DNA of 64,000 bases from Lama glama. Its lineage: Eukaryota. Positions 12,681 to 24,960 of the stretch are shown here, one piece after another. The DNA lies in NCBI GenBank assembly GCA_028534125.1, contig CM052817.1, positions 2,172,001-2,236,000 of the forward strand, in the 5' to 3' direction. The first letter of the stretch is position 1; each line of letters opens with the position of its first letter. The notes beneath the pieces are model-generated. The model saw only the letters and a program-made list of their open reading frames with translations. It did not search any database and was not told the origin of the DNA. The translations under genes were made by a program, and so were the position numbers.

Positions 12681-14674
12681 TTTTTAAAACTTTTTTTATT
12701 GAGTTATAGTCATTTTACAACGTTGTGTCAAATTCCAGTGTAGAGCACAACTTTTCAGTTATACATGAACATATATATATTTATTGCCACATTTTTTTTT
12801 GCTGTGAGCCACCACAAGATCTTGTATACATTTCCTTGTGCTACACAGTGCAATCTTGTTTATCTGTTCTACATTTTGAAATCCCAGTCTGTCCCTTCCC
12901 ACCCTCCGCCCTGTTGGCAACCACAAGTTTGTATTCGATGTCTATGAGTCTGTTTCTGTTTTGTATTTATTAATTTTTTTTTTAGATTTCGCATATGAGC
13001 GATCTCATATGGTATTTTTCTTTCTCTTTCTGGCTTACTTCACTTAGAATGACATTCTCCAGGAACATCCATGTTGCTGCAAATGGCATTATGTTGTCAG
13101 TTTTTATTGCTGAATGGTATTCCATTGTATAAATATATCACCTCTTCTTTATCCAGTCATCTGTTGATGGACATTTAGGCTGTTTCCATGTCTTGGCTGT
13201 TGTAAATAGTGCTGCTATGAACATTGGGTGAAATAGGGTTCCTTCTGGATATAAGCCCAGGTGCGGGAATCCTGGGTCATATGGTAAGTCTATTCCTAGT
13301 CTTCTGAGGAATCTCCATACTGTTTTCCACAGTGNNNNNNNNNNNNNNNNNNNNNNNNNNNNNNNNNNNNNNNNNNNNNNNNNNNNNNNNNNNNNNNNNN
13401 NNNNNNNNNNNNNNNNNNNNNNNNNNNNNNNNNNNNNNNNNNNNNNNNNNNNNNNNNNNNNNNNNNNNNNNNNNNNNNNNNNNNNNNNNNNNNNNNNNNN
13501 NNNNNNNNNNNNNNNNNNNNNNNNNNNNNNNNNNNNNNNNNNNNNNNNNNNNNNNNNNNNNNNNNNNNNNNNNNNNNNNNNNNNNNNNNNNNNNNNNNNN
13601 NNNNNNNNNNNNNNNNNNNNNNNNNNNNNNNNNNNNNNNNNNNNNNNNNNNNNNNNNNNNNNNNNNNNNNNNNNNNNNNNNNNNNNNNNNNNNNNNNNNN
13701 NNNNNNNNNNNNNNNNNNNNNNNNNNNNNNNNNNNNNNNNNNNNNNNNNNNNNNNNNNNNNNNNNNNNNNNNNNNNNNNNNNNNNNNNNNNNNNNNNNNN
13801 NNNNNNNNNNNNNNNNNNNNNNNNNNNNNNNNNNAACAGGAGTGGTGATAGTGGGCAGCCTCGTCTTGTCCCAGATTTTAGTGGGAAGCTTTTGAGTTTT
13901 TCACCGTTGAGTACTATGCTGACTGTAGGTTTGTCATCTATAGCTTTAATTATGTTGAGATATGTTCCCACTTTACCCACTTTGATGAGAGTTTTTTTAT
14001 CATAAATTGGTGTTGAATTTTGTCAAATATTTTTTCTGTATCGATTGAGATGATCATGTGGTTTTTGTCCTTTCTCTTGTTGATTTGATGTATTACATTG
14101 ATTGATTTGCGTATGTTGAACCACCCTTGTGTCCCTGGGATGAACCCCACTTGGTCATGATGTATAATCTTTTTTATGTGCTGTTGGATTCTATTTGCTA
14201 ATATTTTGTTGAGGATTTTTGTGTCTATGTTCATCAGTGATATTGGTCTGTAATTCTCTTTTTTGGTGGTGTCTTTGCCTGGTGTTGGTATCAAGGTCAT
14301 GGTGGCTTATAGAATGAGTTTGGGAGTATTCCCTCCTTTTCAGTCTTCTGGGAGAGTTTGAGAAGGACTGGTAGGAGTTCTTCTTTGTATGTTTGGTAGA
14401 ATTCCCTGGTGAAGCCGTCCGGTCCTGTACTTTTATTTGTAGGGAGGTTTTTTATTGCTAATTCGATTTCATTTCTAGTGATCGGTTTGTTCAAGTGGTC
14501 AGTTTCTTCTTGGTTCAGTGCTGGTGGACTGTATGTTTCCAGAAACTTGTCCATCTCCTCTAGGTTATCCATTTTGGTTCCATATAGTTTTTCATAATAT
14601 TCTCATATGATATTCTGTATTTCTATGTTATTTGTTGTAATTTCTCCATTTTCCTTTCTTATTTGGCTTATTTG
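12681..14674 (-). mobile_element. Young 5'-truncated LINE-1 (camelid-type 3' UTR) with frameshifted ORF2 RT region
   Basis: ORF track pieces [12 protein letters not shown]..., [14 protein letters not shown]..., [15 protein letters not shown] and LWKTVWRFL are L1 ORF2p in different frames. T-tail at 12681. 14-bp TSD: acccttgtctcctt (12667-12680) and accctcgtctcctt (14675-14688), followed by AA (L1 endonuclease TT/AA site). Confidence 0.97.
13335..13834. other. Assembly gap (500 N)
   Basis: Run of N inside the young L1. Confidence 1.
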
Positions 14675-14708
14675 ACCCTCGTCTCCTTAAGCTTGACTTT
14701 TTCCCCAA

Positions 14709-15145
14709 TTTTTTTTATTGTGGTAAAATACATATAACCTAAAAATTGTAATCTTAACCATTTTAAGTGTACAGTTCAACCATCACCACCAGCTCCAGAA
14801 TTCTCTTCATTTTGTAACAATGAAACTCTGTCTCCACTAAAACTGACTCCCCATCCTCCCCTCCCACCAACCCCTCGAACCCACCATTCTGCTTTCTGTC
14901 TCTATGGATTTAACTACCTTAGGAACCTCATGCAAGTGGAATCACACAGCCTTCATCCTTTGGTATCTGCTCATTTCACTTGGCATCATGCCCTCAAGGT
15001 TCACCCAGGTTGTAGCAGGTGTCAGAATGTCCTTCCTTTTTAAGGCGGAGTTGTATTCCATTGCAGAGATGGACCACATTTTGTTTATCCATCCTTCTGT
15101 TTGACAGGCAGTTGGGTTGCTTCCACATTTTAGTTATTGAGACAT
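14709..15145 (-). mobile_element. L1MB-type 3' end
   Basis: ttattgtggtaaaatacatataac, aaccattttaagtgtacagttca and ttccttcctttttaaggc-like landmarks. Confidence 0.85.
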
Positions 15146-16967
15146 AAGCCTGCTTTTGATTTACAGAGGCTACATCCTTTGTACCTTGTGGACAACATGG
15201 TGAATCTTAAAACAATCCTTTTTCCTGTTTAATGGAGTGCATCTACTTGAGGAAAAGGGTCCCCCCGAGCCCTCCATCCCTCGCTCTTCTGCGAGCTCTG
15301 CTGGTGTTTGCTACAAGCTCAGGGCTTACGTTCTTTTTGAACATCGCTCGCTCTCCCACAAGGATGACGGCTCCCTGCACGGGTGGTCCAGTTTCCTCTT
15401 CTGTCCCAGTGGGAGGTGGGGCGAACCCCCTGTCCAGAACGGGAGAACGAGTGACCACCGCACGCTTAGTGCAGGTCACTGCCCATGACTGGCTGATTTC
15501 TCCTCTGGGACGTGTGTCCCGGTCAGATCCCCCAGGATGGTCCAAGGACAGAAGGACGGAGCTAAATGGACAAACTTCCAGTGTGGAACCAGCGGGGAGG
15601 GTGCCACCCTGAGGCTTCTATAGGCCACTTCTGAGGCTCAGATGTTTTTTGGAAACCAGGAACTCAGGGCAAGGCTGAGTGGTGATTCCTCTGGCGTTTC
15701 TCCTGTGAGAGTGGATCTGGGGAGAGGCAGCTGCCTCAGCCCATGTCCTGGGCTCGTGGCTCACAGGCTCACAGGGGTTCTGAGCAGAGCCCTCGCCTAC
15801 CTCTGCCCTCCGTCCTCGGCACCTCCTGGGCCTGCCAGCCTTGGAGATCTGACCCAGTGCATAGGAGCCGGGCACTCGGAAGGCTTCTGGGCACAGTCAG
15901 CTTCTCCTGCTGCTCAGGTGGCGTCAGGCTGCCCCCTGTCCTTGTCACTCTCTGGGCTGGCTCTTCTCTCTCTCCCCAGCCTGGGGCTCTGATGCCTCAC
16001 ACGCCCCCTTCTCGCAGGGGTTTTGTGATTTTGGGGAAGAGGCCTAACCTTGCCTTCTGAGGGTTCATGGGGGCCGAGTGATGCCACAGAAGCTGGGCTG
16101 GCACTGCCCTTCCCTGGCTCCACCGGCCCCCGTGCGGTTCCTCCAGAGGGAGGGCCCCAAACAGTGAGGTCTGGGAGAGGGGTAGCTCCTAGCTCTGAAC
16201 GTGGAGAAGTTGGGGCTGCCAGAGCCATCTCGCAGTATTGGGGTGCGTGTCCTCTCTGTAATTCCAAGTCTTTGGGTGCACCTGGGGGGCAGCCCTGTGA
16301 TGTCAGTGGTGGAGCTTAGGAGGAGGCTGAGAGGTGGTGCTGGACCCGCCAGGGCTATGCAGGGGGGCATCGTGGGGCCTCAGAGGGAAAAGCGTGCTCC
16401 TCACTGGCCCGAAGTCAGATGCTGCATCTGGGGCAAAAGAAGGCGTCTGACCACAGCTGGCGCCTTGGCCATGGGGAGACAGTGGGCAGACCCACGGCGG
16501 CCACCCACTTCCTCTCCTGCCCTGGGCCCCACCTGCTCAGCCCCAAGCCCCTGACATGGCCGTCCACATCCTTTCCAAAGCCTAGGCCCCCCTCGGGTGG
16601 GGAGAGGTCTATTTCCAGAAGGCTCCTGCCTAAAGTGGGCGACCTGGGTGTGGGGTACCTGCCCAGGCCAGTTCGGTCCCCAGGCCGTCTGAGCCCTGTC
16701 ACTTACACCCCTCAGAGGCGCTGACCTGTCCTGTTTCCGGTGGAGGCCTTGGTTCCGGACGGTCCGCCCTGCCCCCACGCTGTCTTCCTATAGTTTATCA
16801 GAAGCAGGAGACTCAGGCAACGGCGTTCACTGGCCCCTGGGCTACACGAGGGCGTGAAACTTCCGACTGCAGGGGATGGGCGGTTGTGGGGGGACGCTGG
16901 GCTTGGGACTCGCCCCCAGTCCCTGCCCAGGCCCCCTGCTCCCTCAGTGCAGCCACTTTCTCGAAAG

Positions 16968-17179
16968 CAGGGTTTCTCATGGCCCCCACGGACACCGTGT
17001 GCTAATTCCATCCTGCGGGGGGCACTGAGCACTGCGGGGTGCTTAGCAGGATCCCTGGCCTTGACCCGCTTGGTACAGATGCCCGCAGTGCCCCTCTGCC
17101 GCCCATGACCCCCAGGCGTGTCTTCAGACACCAACAAATGTCCCCGGGGGTCAAAATCGCCTGTGGCTGAGAACTGTGG
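16968..17179. mobile_element. MER20 hAT-Charlie non-autonomous DNA transposon
   Basis: cagggtttctca...ttagcaggatccctggcc...aaatgtccccgggggtcaaaatcgcc...gctgagaac matches MER20 end to end. Confidence 0.85.
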
Positions 17180-17270
17180 AGGAGCCGGGAACTCCAGGAG
17201 GATGTGGGGTCCCGGGACCGCGGGGGACTCATCCTTGCTGTCTCTCCAGGTCCTGGAACCGCGGGCAGCC

Positions 17271-17322
17271 AGGGTACAATGTGCTTGAAGGGTACAATGT
17301 GCTTGAAGGGTACAATGTGCTT
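17271..17322. repeat. 18-bp tandem repeat, 2.9 perfect copies (agggtacaatgtgcttga)
   Basis: Copies start at 17271, 17289 and 17307, read directly. Confidence 0.95.
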
Positions 17323-19473
17323 CTTGGAACTGCCAAGCTGCCTGGAGCCTCGGCTGCAGGGGTGGGGGGCGGGCTTCTCCTTCCTGTGCCCCAGGGTCGA
17401 TGAAGGGGAGGAGGGGTGTGCTGGCTCTCCTGCCGTCAGTCCAGCGTGAGGACCGGTGTGGGGTGGTGCACATGGCCGCGCGTGTGCATGTGCGTGCGCA
17501 CGGGTGTTCCCGGGGGAAGAAAAGTGCTGGGGAGGCCACGCCTCAGCTGTCCCTCGCTGTCCACTTGCAGCCATGGATTCTGGCCGCGGCCTTCTCTCTC
17601 CCACCCGCCTGCCTGGACTGACGCTCCAGGCCTGCTCCTCGGTTGTTGCATCAGCGCCTTGTGGCTCCAGGACACTACACTGACAGTGGACGGGACCCCT
17701 TGGAAAACTGACGACCCCCAAGTGTAAGCCTCCAGCTGAAACCTGGCCTGGTCCCCACCTGGAGGAATTGGTGGCATCTCACCCCTGAGGCGCCTAAAAT
17801 CCAGCTCCCACCCCCCATCTCTCCAAATACGCCTCCCCATCTTCCCCACGCTGGTCGCTGGAACTCTGCTCCCGGGCACACGCCACCGAGACCACAGCAG
17901 CCCCTGCTCCTCCCGCCTCACACCCTGCAGCTCACAGACCCTGCAGTGACCCTGGGGGCATCTCCACTGCCTGGTCCAAGCCCCCTTCATCCCTCGCCTG
18001 GCCGGCAGCTCTGCCGTCATTGTCCTTTTTTCTCTGCCCTCGCCTCCCTGAGAGCTACTTCCATCCTGGGGCCTGAGTGGGCCATTCAAAGGTAAACCAG
18101 ACCAACCTGCAGGGAGATGCGTGGAGTCTGGGAGGGAGACGCGGCTGGTGGGCGAGCATCCCAGAGAGAAGGAGCAGCCAGTGTGACAGTTCTGGTGCTG
18201 GAGCGTGTCCGGCGGTCTGAGGACACAGAGGACTCCTTCGTCCTTTCTCACATGACACAGAAGCCACTGAGGGCTTCAGGCTATGACGGACCTAGGGGCT
18301 GGACCTGGGGCGTGCTGAGGGTGGAGTGGGCCCCGTGCTGCCCTGGGCCCGTCCTGGTTGTGGGAGGAGGCTGGGGTGAGGGGTGGGCATCTCAGGCATC
18401 GGAAGGATGGAGAAGCCCCCATAGACCCCAGCGCTGTGAGCCTGGAGCCTGGGCTGGACCTTGGTGGACAGGGAGAGACTCACCATGTCAGAGAGGACGC
18501 AGAGCCCTTCAGGGAGACAGAGTAGGGGGCGGGTCCAGCCACAGGCCTTCACTCCTGCTGGGCCAGACTTGACCCAGGGCCCCTCTCTGGCCTGGGGCAT
18601 TGCCCTTGGAACACCCTGAGCCCGGATGTGGGCCGAACCTCCCAGTGTGGATGGCCTTGTCCCGCCCTCCTGGATGCTCGGGGAAGCAGCCTGTCCTTTA
18701 GTGGATGTTCCCGGCCTCCTGGGAAGGCCCTGATTCCCCCCAGAGCCAGGAGGCTGCCTTAAGATGTGGGGAGAGAGCCTGGGGGCCCCAGGAGAGGCCT
18801 GAGGAACGGGACCTGGGTCCTCAGCCAGGTGCTGATCCCCTGTTCCGTCCGCCCCGGCTGGCTCGTCCCTGGAGCTGCAGCCCCAGGGGGTCCACATCGG
18901 GGCCTGGGATGGTCTGGGGCAAGCCGAAGCCCTGAGGCAGGGGGTGACCTCGAAGGGAGGAGGGTCCACTGTGTGGGGAGAGATGTCGGTGCTGGAGCCA
19001 CACAGACTTGGTTTAAGGCCTGACTTTGACCTGTGCTGGTGAAGTCACCCGTCATCAGGCCAGGGCCTGGAGAGAGAAGAGACTGCTCAATTTTCTGAGT
19101 TGCAGGCGGAGGCCTCAGGCCCGCAGAAGTGAGACAGCCTTCCCTGGCTTGGAACCACCTGACCGCGGCCGGAGCTTCTAAGCCCACGTGTCCTCCAGCG
19201 CTGGGACACCCACCTTCACTGCCTGTTGAGAGAGGGGTGTCGCCTGGCCCCCAGTCCCCAGCTTCAAGGCCAGCTGCCAAGATGCCCAGAGAAAGCACTC
19301 TGTCTGTTTGATGAGTTGGTTCGTGAAGGGTTTTGAGTGGCCTGGAGATATTTCTTCTCGGAGAGAGCCCTCCTCCCTCCAGACGCTCGCCTCCCTCTCC
19401 AGCCTCTCCTCCCACCCCTTGCTCCTCTCAAGAGCGTCTTCTTAGGAGCCCACATTCACCTGAAAAGCGATAC

Positions 19474-19508
19474 GTCACTGGAACCTGTCACTGGAACTTG
19501 TCACTGGA
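19474..19508. repeat. 13-bp tandem repeat, 2.7 copies (gtcactggaacYt)
   Basis: Read directly; immediately followed by a purine tract. Confidence 0.9.
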
Positions 19509-19572
19509 GGGGGGAGGAGGGAGATGGGGGAGAGGGAGGAGGAAGGGAAGAGGAGGGAGGGGAGGGGGAGGA
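19506..19572. repeat. GA-rich low-complexity purine tract
   Basis: About 65 bp of almost only G/A, with many G runs. Confidence 0.9.
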
Positions 19573-20589
19573 CTAGGCCCCACCCACAGCAGTCGGACCC
19601 CACCTGCCACAGGACTAGGACCCTTCTTCCCCACAGGACCAGCGCTGTCTGGCCCCGCTGCTCCTGAGCCAGCACACAGTAGGTGCGCAGGGGGAGCTGA
19701 GCGCACAGCTCCACTGACGGTTGAACCTGCCTCCTCCCAGCTCCTGGGCTCTCAGGGTCCCGGGATCCTGGGCGCCAACCCCTAAGTTTTCCCTGAAGAC
19801 TCCCCATGGCCCCATCAGGGCACCTGTGAGGAGGCCACTTAAAGGTGAGTATGAGTTATCCAGGCTGGGGTGGGGTGTCGTCCAGGAGCCGGGGGGTCCG
19901 GGGGGGGGTAGTCCAGGAGGGCAGAGGCCCTGGTGGGTGGGGGAGTCCAGGTGGGGGAGGGGGCAGCATGAACAAAGGCCCGGGGCCAGCAGTAGCTTGT
20001 GCTTGGAAAAACGCTCTGCGTCTAAATAGCTGAGCTCATTTTTTATTTAAATAGAGTGATCATTGCAAAGATCACTTCAAAGAACAAGCTATAAAACTCT
20101 GCTCTGCAAATGTTCCTCCATCAGTTTAAACAGGCGTGTTTACCCTGGGCAAAACCAAAACATACTCCAGGCCCAGAATCTTGAAATCATAACCAAGACA
20201 GAGGCCAAGAGTCGGGAACGGGGAAGAGATGGGGTAGGGGGCAGTGGGAACGGCCCATGTGATGGTGGGGCCAGGGAGGTCCCCAGGGGACACCTCTGTC
20301 GCAGTGGCGCGGTCAGCACAGGGCGCACTGCCCTGTCTCCGATCTGCCTCCCAGCCAGGATAGTCTCCTGCTAGCCCCTCTCCACAGCAGCCGGGACACT
20401 GCCCTCAAACGCATGTGGGCATGGTGGGCCCTTCCTTCGTCTGAGCTAGGGGTCCCTTCTCAGGGAGGCCCCCTAGCACCGGGTTTAAAATCACGCCCAC
20501 ATACCCCTTCCCAGGCTCCGGACCCCTCACCAAGCCCCAGCACCCGTCACCCCAATGCCCTGGACGAGCCCCTGCCGGTTTGGTTGAGT

Positions 20590-22380
20590 GCCGGGCAACG
20601 CAGATTTCAGAGCAAAGAGCATTAGAAGAGTTAAGGAGGGTCATTTCATAAAGACATGGGGGTCAATTCACCAAGACGTATTACAATCCTGAGAGTGTGT
20701 GCACGTTATAACAGAACTTCACAGTACTCGAAGGAAAACCTGAAGAATCTACAAGATGAAATAGATAAAGCCATAGTCGTAAGAGGAGATGAAGCCGGTC
20801 TCTCAGATACGGATACAGGTGGGCAGAGAGTCAGCAGGAACCCGGAGCCTGGGGCTGCTCCCTCGACCCACTGACTTACTTGGCATCGATAGACGCCCTG
20901 CCCCGCAGCGGAGCAAGCACGTTCTTTCCAAGCACCCACACAGCGTTCACCAAGACAGACCAGATTCGAGTCATACAGCAAGGCTCAGTAATTCAAAAGG
21001 ATTTGAATGATTTGAAGTAGTCCTCTGGACACAATGGCACTGAATGAAAATTCAGCAGCAGCAGCAGAATGCTGTCTGGACAACCCTGAACGTTTGGAAA
21101 CCAACTAACACACTTCCACGTAGCTCTTGAGTCAAAGAAGAAATCGGAAAGTCAGAACGTATTTTTAAAAAATTTTATTGTTTATTGAAATGCAGTTATC
21201 TACAATGTTAGTTCCAGGTGTACAGCAAAGCGGTTCAGTTATATATATATATGTGAACAGATATATTTTCTTCTCAGATTCCTTTCCATATAGGTTATTG
21301 CAAGAAACTGAATATAGTTCCCTGTGCTGCACAGTAGCTCCTTGTTGTTTATTTTATATATAGTAACATGTATCTGTTAATCCCAAACTTGTAATTTAAT
21401 CCTCCCCTGCCCTTTCCCCTCTGGTAATCATAGTTTGTTTTCTATGTCTGTGAGTCTGTTTTTGTTTGTAAATAGAACGTGTACCATTTTTTTTAAGATT
21501 CCAATATAAATGATATAATATGGTGTTTGTCTTTCTCTGCCTGACTGACTTCACTTACTATGATCATCTTAGGTCCATCCACGTTGCTGCAAATGGCATT
21601 ATTTCATTCTTTTTTATGGCTGAGTAGTATTCCATTGTGTGTATATGTGTGTGTGTGTACATACATACACCACATCTTTATCTTATATAGGGCTCCACCT
21701 GCATGTTTTGAAAAGGATAATAAAAAAGGAAAAAGACAAAAAAAAAAAAGAGAACGCATTTGGAACAACAGCACAGCAGAACTGACGGGATGCAACTCAA
21801 GTGGAATTTCATGGGAATTCTTGTGTTAGAAGAGATGACAACTCTCAAATCCACAAACTCGACTCCCACCTCAAGAAACGGGAAGAAGAACAAATTGGAC
21901 ACAATGTAATCAGGAGGGAGGAAAAAACAAACAGGAGCAGAAGTCAGTGGAATAGGAAACAGGAAAGCAAGAGAGAAAGTGAGTGAAACCAGAAGGTGGT
22001 TCTTTGGAAGATTGATACAGTTGATCACCTCCAGCCAGAGTGATCGGGGAGAAAAAGAAAGATGCACGTTCCCAACACCAGGACCGAGGGAGCTGGAATC
22101 ACCACTAGTTCCACAGATACTTGAACGATAACAAGGGATTGTTATGAGCAACTTGGGCCAGTAAATCAGACATGTTCCTTGAAAGATACAAACTGTTAAA
22201 CTCACTTGAGAAGAAACAGCACCTGAGTAGCCACACCTGCGTTCAAGGACCTGCGTTCCTGGTCACAGTGTTTCCCTAAAGCGAACTCCAGTCCCACAGG
22301 AGTCACTGGTGACTCCCTCCCACGCGTAAGGAAGAAAGAGCACCAATGTACACATTCTCTTCCAGAAACTGAAGGGGAAG
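20590..22380 (+). mobile_element. Old L1M ORF2 endonuclease/linker fragment (split by a younger insertion)
   Basis: Translations ITILRVCARYNRTSQYSKENLKNLQDEIDKAIVVRGD and SQIHKLDSHLKKREEEQ match the L1 EN domain and linker. Confidence 0.88.
21165..21685 (-). mobile_element. Artiodactyl-type L1 3' end (L1_Art-like)
   Basis: gttagttccaggtgtacagcaaagcggttcagttatat and aatatagttccctgtgct landmarks. Flanking 11-bp duplication agaacgYattt at 21154-21164 and 21751-21761. Confidence 0.88.
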
Positions 22381-22599
22381 GAGCGCGAGCCCCTCGTCAC
22401 TCACCAGGACCCCTGGTTCTGCCAGGGGTCAGGCGGTGCCGAGCCCGGAGGACGGACACCCTCCCTTCTCCGAAGGTTTGCAGCCGCCTGGCACGGCAGG
22501 ACGCCCTGCTCCCTGGGAGGGCCATGCTTAGGGCCAAATTCTCAGGCCGGGGGAAGCTTCCGTTTCACTCGCACTGCCTTGTCTCAGCCCCTGCAAAGG

Positions 22600-22765
22600 T
22601 GGATGCGTGTCATTGCATCAAATTTTCACAGCCCCTCATGGTGCTATAAATTATTTCCCTGATTTTAAAGATGAGGGGACTGAGTTTCAGAGAGGTGCAA
22701 TGACTTGGCCGTTGACACACAGGCAGAAAGCAGGAGAGCCTGGGTTCCAACCAGGTTTGGGAAAC
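22600..22765 (-). mobile_element. MIR SINE
   Basis: attttaaagatgaggggactgagtttcagagagg...gacttggcc is the antisense MIR core. Confidence 0.8.
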
Positions 22766-23784
22766 TGCGACACTGCTGCTTCCTCCTACGAAGTCTGTGG
22801 GGTCAGCCGAGGGGGCATGAGGCTCCCTGGGAAGCCGGTGGGAGGCGTGACTGCGGTCTAAGATGGACAGCACCTGGGAGTCAGGGAGGGCGAGTGAACA
22901 GGTCAGAGGTCAGAAAGCTAGGGATGTTTTCAGGGCACCATGGGTATACCACCCGCCTGGCGCAGAGAGGCTGAAGGCTTCCGTGGCAAATGGGGCTTAA
23001 TCCTGGGGGCCAAACTGTGTTTGGCAGGTCGTGGGGAGCTCAGTGATGTTCCAGAGCAGGTGTGCGATGTGGGTGAGGCTGAAGCCCCAGGAGGAGGACC
23101 GGGGAGTGCAGGGCAGGGGGACACGTGCGGCATGCTCAGGGCTATTCATGCACTGCAGCGCCCAGGCAAGCGTTGGAAACAAGTGGGGAAATGAATCTGG
23201 GAGGACCCCTGGGCTTTGACGGATGACACAGGCAGAAGGGGGCTGGCTCAGCAGGGGGTCCAGAGGGTGTGGGTCTTGGGGGGAGGCAGAGGGCTGGATG
23301 TGGGGAGCCACCTGCACACCCAGATCCAGGGAGAGGACTAAGGGAGAAAGCTCAGGATGCGGAGGCGCGGACAGAGACCGGGCCAAATCCGGCAGCCCTG
23401 GGGCAGGTTTTGAAGCTGCCAGGGTGAGGGCAATGCAGCTGGAGGCAGCAGAACACGGCGGGGAGCCTGTGAGCACACGGACCGGAGTGGGGAAGCTGGC
23501 AGCTCCAGAGGGCCCTGGGGACCGTGACTCACCCGCCTTCCCAGGTGCTCCCGGGATGTAGTCAGCGGGTCCGGGTCGGGGAGGGGCCACACCCGTCACG
23601 CCCCCAGCTTCTCCTCACTGCATAATGTGTTCGTTCTGCCTGCTGGGGGATTGGATTTCTATCCTTGACACCCGAGGCGGTGGCTGAGGTCACAGCTTTT
23701 CTAGATGCGCCTCTCCTCCCCCTCCTTTTCAGTTGTCTCGTCACAATCTGAGGTCGCATCTCTTGACTGTGGTCAGGACTGGGA

Positions 23785-23942
23785 CCCCCGAGGCCAGGCT
23801 GCCTGGGTTTGAACCCCGCCTCTGCCACTGGCAGCTGTGTGGCCAGGGGTGAGTTCCTAAGCCTCTCTGGGCCTCTGTTTCCCCGTCTGTAGAGTGTGTA
23901 AAACGAGGGCGTACTTACCACAGTGGGGTTCCCATGAGGAAC
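23785..23942 (+). mobile_element. MIR SINE
   Basis: ggctgcctgggtttgaaccccgcctctgccact...agctgtgtggcc...cctctctgggcctctgtttccccgtctgtag. Confidence 0.85.
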
Positions 23943-23944
23943 AG

Positions 23945-24321
23945 TGTGTTGCAGAGATTAATGTATATAAAGAGATTCATGTGTATGTAAAGAGGGTTTT
24001 TCCCCCAAAGAACTGACTTTGTGGGATCTAACTGAATAAATCTGAACCCAGTAAAGCCGGCCTGCAGGCTAGAAACTCAGGCAGGAGCCGACACTGCAGT
24101 CTTGAGGCAGAAATTCCTCCTCCTCCAGGAAGCCTCGGGGTTTGCTCATAAGGCCGTCAACTGATTGGACTGATATCATGGAGGGTAATCTCTTTGATGT
24201 TGGCTGATTATAGATGTGAACCATGTTTACAAAGTCCCTGCACAACTCTATCGAGACAGACGTCTGATTAAATCACCGGAGACTGGCCTGGCCAGGCTGA
24301 CACATAAAACCAACCTTCACA
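23945..24321 (-). mobile_element. MLT2 (ERVL) solo LTR, MLT2C/D-like
   Basis: ggctagaaactcaggcagg, cagtcttgaggcagaa, tcaactgattgga and the end gctgacacataaaaccaaccttcaca. Confidence 0.85.
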
Positions 24322-24539
24322 GTATCTGTCAAGTTTTTTCCTTCAAGAAACCCCGACAGGTGTACTGGACACCCTTCAGTAGGATGTCCTAGGTACCAGA
24401 CCCTCATCCCTCGGTGCCCGGGGCAGCTGCCCTGGTCCCGTCCTCCTGCTCCAGCATGGGCGGGCGGCCGGCCGGCCTGGGCCTCGCCCTGGGCGCCCCT
24501 CGCCTGCTCTCCACCCTCCCGGCTGCACACTTCTGGGTC

Positions 24540-24960
24540 TGCCCCAGGCAGCAGCACCGTGAGTCCGAGAACGGCAGTCACACTTGAGGCAGGCTTGGCC
24601 AGGCCGAGGAGTCCAAGGTGAGGATCATCTTCCTCAGTGTCCTGAAGGCAGTGCTGGCTCATGCTCTCCATGCTCGCTTCTGCCGACACCTCCACGTTTC
24701 TGTCTTGCAGCGACTGCTTCGGTTTTCCTCCCGTCTCCAAGCCTCTATCCCTGGTCCTCGAAAATGACGTGATGATCAGTCAAGGGCGGGTCTCGTTCCT
24801 CCGGTAAGGGACTCAGCGTCCCAGGTGGCCCCGGGCTTTGGGAATGGCTCTTCCAAATCTCCCTGGGGCACCATCTTCCTTCATCTTTCTTGCTCTCAAG
24901 TTTCTGGACGCAGCATTGCCTGGAGCTCTAGAATCATCCAGGAGCTTCTGAGATGTTCCC
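24540..24960 (-). mobile_element. L1ME/HAL1 ORF1 remnant
   Basis: Antisense ORF1 C-terminal pattern (ggatcatcttcctcagtgtcctgaaggcagtgct), corresponding to the NAFKVLRENDFQPRIL region. Confidence 0.55.

Noticed and set aside
13138..13980. ORFs containing long X runs
   Set aside because: Artefacts of translating through the N gap; the flanks are L1 ORF2.
17271..17322. Short direct repeats as a CRISPR-like array, or as a GRE/ARE (GGTACA...TGTGCT)
   Set aside because: Head-to-tail copies with no spacers in a mammalian genome; the hormone-response half-sites are 1 bp apart, not 3.
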